A DNA stretch of 63,965 nucleotides, filler included, from Thelocarpon superellum (Eukaryota): the NCBI GenBank assembly GCA_026025795.1. It is 4 parts of 4 records of this genome, joined end to end, with 100 filler letters (N's around TTAATTAATTAA, not from the genome) between each part and the next. Parts side by side here need not be neighbours in the genome. Positions count along the whole stretch, not along the records: positions 51,779 to 63,965 come from JAPEUG010000489.1; 3 more parts are not named here. One strand, 5' to 3'. Below, one piece after another: positions 58,222 through 63,965 of this stretch. The notes beneath the pieces are model-generated. The model ran no database searches and was not told where the DNA came from. It saw nothing but the letters and a program-made list of their open reading frames with translations. The position numbers and the translations under genes are program-made. Numbering within the stretch: the first letter of the stretch is position 1; each line of letters opens with the position of its first letter.

Positions 58222-60477
58222 GCGGCACACGACCATGGCGTTCCTTTTAATCCCCGCGTAGACTAATATGTGATGTGTTTCGTCCCCTTTCTCCACGGCG
58301 ATGCTGTCTCAGGCAGCGCTGTGGTGACTCGCCCTGTCACGGGCCGGCTCTATGGCATTCGCCGCCGAGCACGATGTGTTTATGTTTCTCAGCGATCAGG
58401 CAACGAGGGGAGGATGACCGCGTGGCACTGGCGGTGGTGGCGGATGCAGAGGGGCGTGCCTCGATGGCTACTGTGCATACCCTGCCGGGAGTAGCAATCC
58501 TCTGCATCGCGGGCAAGAACAAGGTCGATCATTTGTCATTGGTTGGCAAAAGCGTAGCATTCATTCTCGCACATGGCCCTCTTTCCTTCCCCTCCCTTTG
58601 CTTTCTCTGCTGTCGACCAGCTGTGTTAAGTCGCGTTTTATGATAGGAAGCATTCACACACTTTTCTCTCTCCCTTTCCCCCCCCGCTCCCCCCCTCCTC
58701 TCTCATTTGTCCCCATCCAACCTCGCCGCCCTCATCCGATTAGGACTAATTTCATCGTGTACGAGTATCTCACGCCTCGTGCCCACTCACTGTCCGCGGA
58801 CGCTATCCTGCGACCAGGCTGATCGGGCGATTGGCGTTCTGGGCGTAGGGCCCGCGACGCACGTCCCGAGTCAAATTGGGCCCCCGCCATCGGCCTCATG
58901 ACGCGATCCTCGGCCGATAGCGTGCCCTGGGCCAGATGGTTCGAGAGTGGGCCATGATGCAGCAGAGATTTTCGCCATCAACCTGGTCGAGCTGAGCGAG
59001 CGCTGATTGGTAGGATGGGTTTGCTCGCCGCCGTCCTCATCGCATTTCCGATATCACATTCGCGAAACCCCTTCACTCAGTCACCCCAAGCGAGCTTTGC
59101 CTCCAGCGCGGCCGTCGACGGACGCGTCTTCTGTCTGACTGATCTCTTTTGCAGGTTCCTGCATGAGGGGGCGGAGGGGCGTTGATCCTCTTTCGGCCCG
59201 GCCCTCCTCTCGGCCGTGGCGGAAGAGGGAACGACGGACGACGGACGACGGACGACGCTGACGTACTAGGGCCTGCTCGAGCTTGGCGCATGCTGGCGCT
59301 CGTCCAACCCCGATGTTTCAGGCGGACTTGGTCGTTCTCGCCTCTGCATGATCAACGCCATTCATGTCGGCAGCGAGCGAGCTACGATGCGATGCATTGC
59401 ATCGAGCCGGGGGCCGGCGCTGGGGCCGGTCCCTGGCTGTCGCTCGGCGTCCGGTCGTTGTAGCGGCGTGACATGGAGATGACCTTTCGGCCGCCCTTGC
59501 CGTGCCCGCCGAGGATCCCGCAGCCTTTTTCCCGGTGGCTCAGGATGCGCTCATTCGGGCACGACGACATCAAGCATCGGCCATCCGCCATCCGCCTCGC
59601 GCCACGAGACTCGAAGTGCGAGACCGAGCTCGTCCTCCTCGGAAGATAGCATCCTGTCTCGGTGGCGCGTGCGCCAGTGTGCTCTGGCCAGCAGCACCTC
59701 GCCCGTTTCGCGCGGCGCTCGAGGGGGCGACGGGCGACGGTGGAAGCTGCGAGAGGAAAGGTGGGTGCCGAGTGTCTCAGTTCGTACCTGTCATTCAGGT
59801 GGAGAGCCTGTGCTACGGATCGAGCGTGCTGCTGCTGAGGACGCTTGGCTCGATCGAGGTCGGTCGAGTCTCGCGGATCTGCGACGTCGTCTCCGATCGA
59901 CCTTGACTGCACGCCCCACCAATCAGCCGGCGGGCAAGATGTCGGCTCTTCAACGCCATGGTCGCATCGGTCTGTGCTGCAGGATGGTGCATGCAGGCGC
60001 AAGGCATCCCCACAGACGGGCGCTCTTCAGCGATTGGCAGACAGGCCTCGTCCGGCAGCGACTCCGTCATGCCGCGGGCGACGGACGACGAGATGGCTTG
60101 CGCCCACTGCAGCGCCCTCCCCCTAGTGCGTGCAGGTTTTCTTGCATCAATCTCATCTCCTCTTGAGCCTGCCGCAGTCTATATATTCATCCCATCGGTC
60201 GTACCTCTGTGCCAGCTCGAACTCGCTCTGTGGTCCACTCTCCCTGAGGCTCCTCCCCTGATCAGCCGCGCCGCCTCACGCTCACTACCTATTTTCCCTT
60301 CTTCACGCTCGTTCATCCACCGTGACGATACCTTCGTGACCTCTTCGTGATGTTGTTCAATGTGGAACCAATGTCGACCGTCAAAGCCGAGTATGTCCCA
60401 GCTACGGAACCCGTGCGGGAGCATCGGTAAGTCTGCACGGCGAAGCAGAGGTCCCGTATCATGCATTCCCTGACGCG

Positions 60478-61347
60478 ATGCCCAGATGGATCACGCTTCC
60501 CCCACTGGTCGACTCGACCAAGCGTTCAGACTCTCTGCCCAAATTCGACTTTCCCGTGCGCGGATCGTGGCCCTTCTCCGCCTCGAACTCGTCTCCTTTT
60601 CTCCCCACGCATGGCTCGGCTCGGCCCGGGCCGGGGCTGGCGCCGGCGCCATCCCTGACCACCGTACCGCCGCTCGATCGATATGCCGAGCATCACTTCG
60701 AGAGTGACAGCCCCGAGAGCTTCGATGGCGGTAGCTCATCCACTTTCAGCCCGCGCCAACGGAATCCGTCCCTGACGTCGATGGAATCCGAGCTATCGAT
60801 GGCTCCCGTCCCCATTCGTCCCGCTCCACCGCCGGCTGGGCTACGCTGTCCCAGTGGTCGCATCGTCAAAGGCTACGACAAAGTGCAACACAAGGTCAAG
60901 GAGCGACGACGACGCGGTAACATCGCCAAGGAGATGCACTTCCTGCGCGTCCTGGTCCCGGGATGTGTTCCGGGTCGGGCTGGTGGTCCCAAGGAAACGT
61001 CCAAGCATGAATGTCTACAGAAGACCGGAGCCTACATCGTCAACCTCCAGAAAGAGCTGCTCGACCGGGAGCGGGAGTTGGCGGACTTACGACAAGAGAC
61101 GGAGGAGCCGCGGAGACGACACGCGACGGACCCACCCGAGGCGACGCAGGGGCAGGAGCACGAGGCGGCCGTCATGCTTCGGCAAGTGCTGAATAAGGTC
61201 CTGACGAACCGCGATGACAAGGAGGCGACGACCATTTTGGATCTGCTCGAGGCCTCACGGCTGGGTAAGCCCCCGCGAGACACGGGCACGTCGGCCGGTC
61301 ACAACATGTGGCCTTCGGACCACCCTCGCCCTCCTTTTGCATCGTGA
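60478..61347 (+). CDS. bHLH(-zipper) transcription factor
   Basis: HKVKERRRRGNIAKEMHFLRVLVP...TSKHECLQKTGAYIVNLQKELLDRERELADL. Confidence 0.82.
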   Translation: MPRWITLPPLVDSTKRSDSLPKFDFPVRGSWPFSASNSSPFLPTHGSARPGPGLAPAPSLTTVPPLDRYAEHHFESDSPESFDGGSSSTFSPRQRNPSLTSMESELSMAPVPIRPAPPPAGLRCPSGRIVKGYDKVQHKVKERRRRGNIAKEMHFLRVLVPGCVPGRAGGPKETSKHECLQKTGAYIVNLQKELLDRERELADLRQETEEPRRRHATDPPEATQGQEHEAAVMLRQVLNKVLTNRDDKEATTILDLLEASRLGKPPRDTGTSAGHNMWPSDHPRPPFAS

Positions 61348-62445
61348 ATTCACCGGTCCCAGGCCACGTGCCTGAGCTGTCTATCTCTTTGGCGCCGGTG
61401 TTCCATTTCTCCCCCCCCCCCACGAGTGTCTTCAGATCCATGTGCGAAGTGCGTGCCACTGTGCGAGCCACTCTCTCCACTCAAGCGGAGGGGGCGACGA
61501 TCCGTCAAGACACTGCGGCTAATGTAATCTCTAATGTGTCGAATGTCTCTCGCTTCCCACCTTTGGGGGATAGACATGGTCGAGCACTGAGCCCCACACC
61601 CCCCCGTCGTGTTGATTCGCTTCTCCAATGTAATTACTCGTACGTGAAGTCCGTGAGCTGCCACCGTGGTAGTCGAGATATTTCGTCGGCGATCTCACAC
61701 AAGCCGGATGGCCTCGACCCTGCATGGAGTGACCGTAGACTGCGATCAACCCTCGTCCCGAGAGACCCTCTGATCATGACGGAGCGCAGCCGAGTAACGG
61801 TGGGACGGATATCGCTGCACATGTACGCAAGGTTGGAGGCCGCCTGCATCCATGCAGGAGCTCGGCTGGCCGCGACGCCCTTGCAGACTGGACCACCCAA
61901 TGAGGACGCGGTGTTTCAGTCGACCATTATCGTGCGTGTTTGCAAACGGGCTGATCTCGCAGAACCCCGCTACAAAGACGAGCACCTACTAGGGCCTCTG
62001 GGTGGCGTGGGAGAGAGTGCGAGTGCAAGTTGCTCCGTCTCCCTCCGGTGGCGATGGTTCAGCCATCGGGGCCTGTGGGACCACCCGTTGATGCACGTCC
62101 TAGGGGGCCCAGTGGCACAGATGCACTCTGGCCGCTGTCCCTGGCAGCATGTCAAGCAGACGCACAGGAGAGCTGCCGTGGTCCCAAATTTGGCCGTTGG
62201 TCATGGTCATCCGACCTCTCTGACACGACGACCAATTCGTTCCTCGTCCTGCACTCGTCGTTACGTGGGCGACGGGTGCGCGGCAGCAGTGCCTGGCAGC
62301 ACGCAGGCCACCAGCTTCGTGGACGCCGACCCGATCTGCCGATCTGATGCTTGCGCGGACTTGGATGCCTGAGTAACGACGCGGTGTCTCCTGGTCAGGC
62401 TATGACTACGAGCACCTGCGTCGACCTTTTGCGGAGACGTCACGG

Positions 62446-62473
62446 GGTCACCTGACTGTACAGTCAGGTGACC
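62446..62473. repeat. 28-bp perfect spacerless palindrome containing two GTCACCTGAC boxes
   Basis: GGTCACCTGACTGT|ACAGTCAGGTGACC. Confidence 0.9.
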
Positions 62474-62827
62474 ATGGATTAGCCTGGATGTATCCCACCG
62501 TAGGCTAGCTAGCTAGAGAGAACAATCAACTCATAAGCATCCTGCCGAAGGCATAACAGGAGACGTCCCGCCGTTCCGACGCCATCCCGCTTACCGCATT
62601 GGGACTACTGCTCCACGCATTCCGAGGGTTCATCAGGTCCTACCTCACCATCCTCGCCCGGCGTTCAAACGAAGAAGTGTCACCACGCGTGGTGCAAGAG
62701 GATCCGACTGTTGCGACGGAAGGACACAGAGATTGGACTGCAGGCCGACGTGTAGTGCACGTGCCGTCCGACCTGGACCATCCGACTTCCTGTCATATCG
62801 ACGGTCACAAGGTGAAGGCCGGTGGCC

Positions 62828-63965
62828 ATGGAGGAGCAAACATTCCTAAACCTCCTCGAGGATCTGACGGGTCGTGTGGCTATCGTCACCGGGTACGCGG
62901 TGCTATGGAACGCGTCCTCGTGCATCAGTTCTGACCAAGCCCAGCGGTGGAGGGGGAATTGGCCTGGAGGCGTCCATCTATCTGGCCCGCAAAGGAGCGA
63001 CGGTCTATGTGGCGTCGCGAAACAAGGAGAAGAGTGAGGCTGCCATCAAAGAGGCCGAGGAACGACTGGACGGCAAAGGAGGACCCATTCGCTTTCTTGC
63101 CCTCAATCTTTCCTCCATCAGGGACGTGCAGCAATCGGCTCAAGAATTCCTCAAGCTCGAGTCCCGCCTGGACCTGCTGATTTGCAACGCCGGCGTTGCG
63201 CTAGCCTACCGCGACGAACTGTCGCCAGACGGATACGAACGGACGTTTGCTACGAATCACCTGGGCCACTTCGTCTTGGTCACGACGCTCCTTGGTAGGT
63301 CACGAGCCGCCTCAGCACATGTGCCGCGGCCATGCTCATGCATCTCTCAGACTTAGTGAAGCAGACGGCCAGAGCACACGGCGATGCGCGTATCGTCGTA
63401 GTCAGCTCCATCGGTCTCAAGGGTGCGTCGAAGATCGACTACTCTCGCTTGCAGACTCGGGTCGCGAACGATGGCAAAAGCGTCAAGGATCTGGGCCCGG
63501 CGATGATGAGTTACTTCCGATCGAAGCTCATGAACGCCTACTTCGCCGCCGAGCTAGGTCGACGATTGCGCGAAGAAGGCGTGCATAATGTTTACTGTAA
63601 TTCCTGTCATCCAGGTGGGTCTCGCGCGCCGTCCCTGTCGTCATCTCGCCGCTAAGCGTAGGGGTTCCGGCAGGGAACGTGACGACGACCGACTTGGTGT
63701 CGTCTCACGGCCAGCAGCACCCCGTGCCGATGGTGGTGCAAAACTGCCTCCGGAAGACGATTGGCCTCTTCACCAATTCCGCCCAAGACTCGGCCCGATG
63801 TGAGGTCTTCCTTGCCGCGAGTAAGGAGGTGGCGGACAAAGACATCAACGGCGAATACTGGGAGCCGACGTGGTCGTGGTCGCAGCGCTACACCGGCTGC
63901 AAGGTAATCAAGAACGTGACCCCGTTGGCGGTGAATGTGGAAGAGCAGAAGAAATTGTGGGCCTT
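62828..63965 (+). CDS. Short-chain dehydrogenase/reductase (retinol dehydrogenase/WWOX-like), multi-exon, runs off the window end
   Basis: DLTGRVAIVTG|GGGGIG, LDLLICNAG, FATNHLGHF, RIVVVSS, YFRSK (YxxxK), NSCHPG, QKKLW. Confidence 0.92.

Noticed and set aside
61308..62372. 354-aa ORF downstream of the bHLH gene
   Set aside because: Non-ATG start, no recognisable motif, and composition typical of non-coding GC-rich DNA

Overview
Eukaryotic, intron-containing, GC-rich DNA from a filamentous ascomycete (Pezizomycotina-type genes and GT..CTRAC..YAG introns; finer taxonomy cannot be read from the sequence). The window is not contiguous. It is four contigs joined by artificial 100-nt linkers (44N-TTAATTAATTAA-44N at 17168, 34424, 51679), and the two complete contigs are 17,156 and 17,155 bp, so they look size-sorted. 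Most content is housekeeping: cyp8/PPIL2, EDC3, PIF1, PUB1, COQ1, AVO2, RPN3, SPC34, UDP-glucose dehydrogenase, TAF12 (partial), RPE1, PEX6, ECM33, plus a bHLH, an SDR, a BTB protein and a methyltransferase-domain protein. The most unusual locus is 48.3-51.6 kb. It holds a complete but C>T-hypermutated hAT transposon with TIRs and a perfect 8-bp TSD, which carries a tRNA-like Pol III A/B-box module and appears to sit in the TATA box of a solo LTR nested in a second solo LTR. Other notable items are two orphan Cys-containing secreted proteins, two pseudogenes, two long spacerless palindromes, a hairpin cluster that may be an ncRNA, and a prion-like glycine-zipper protein. I see no convincing multi-gene novel system. 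Family assignments come from motif recognition, not database searches.
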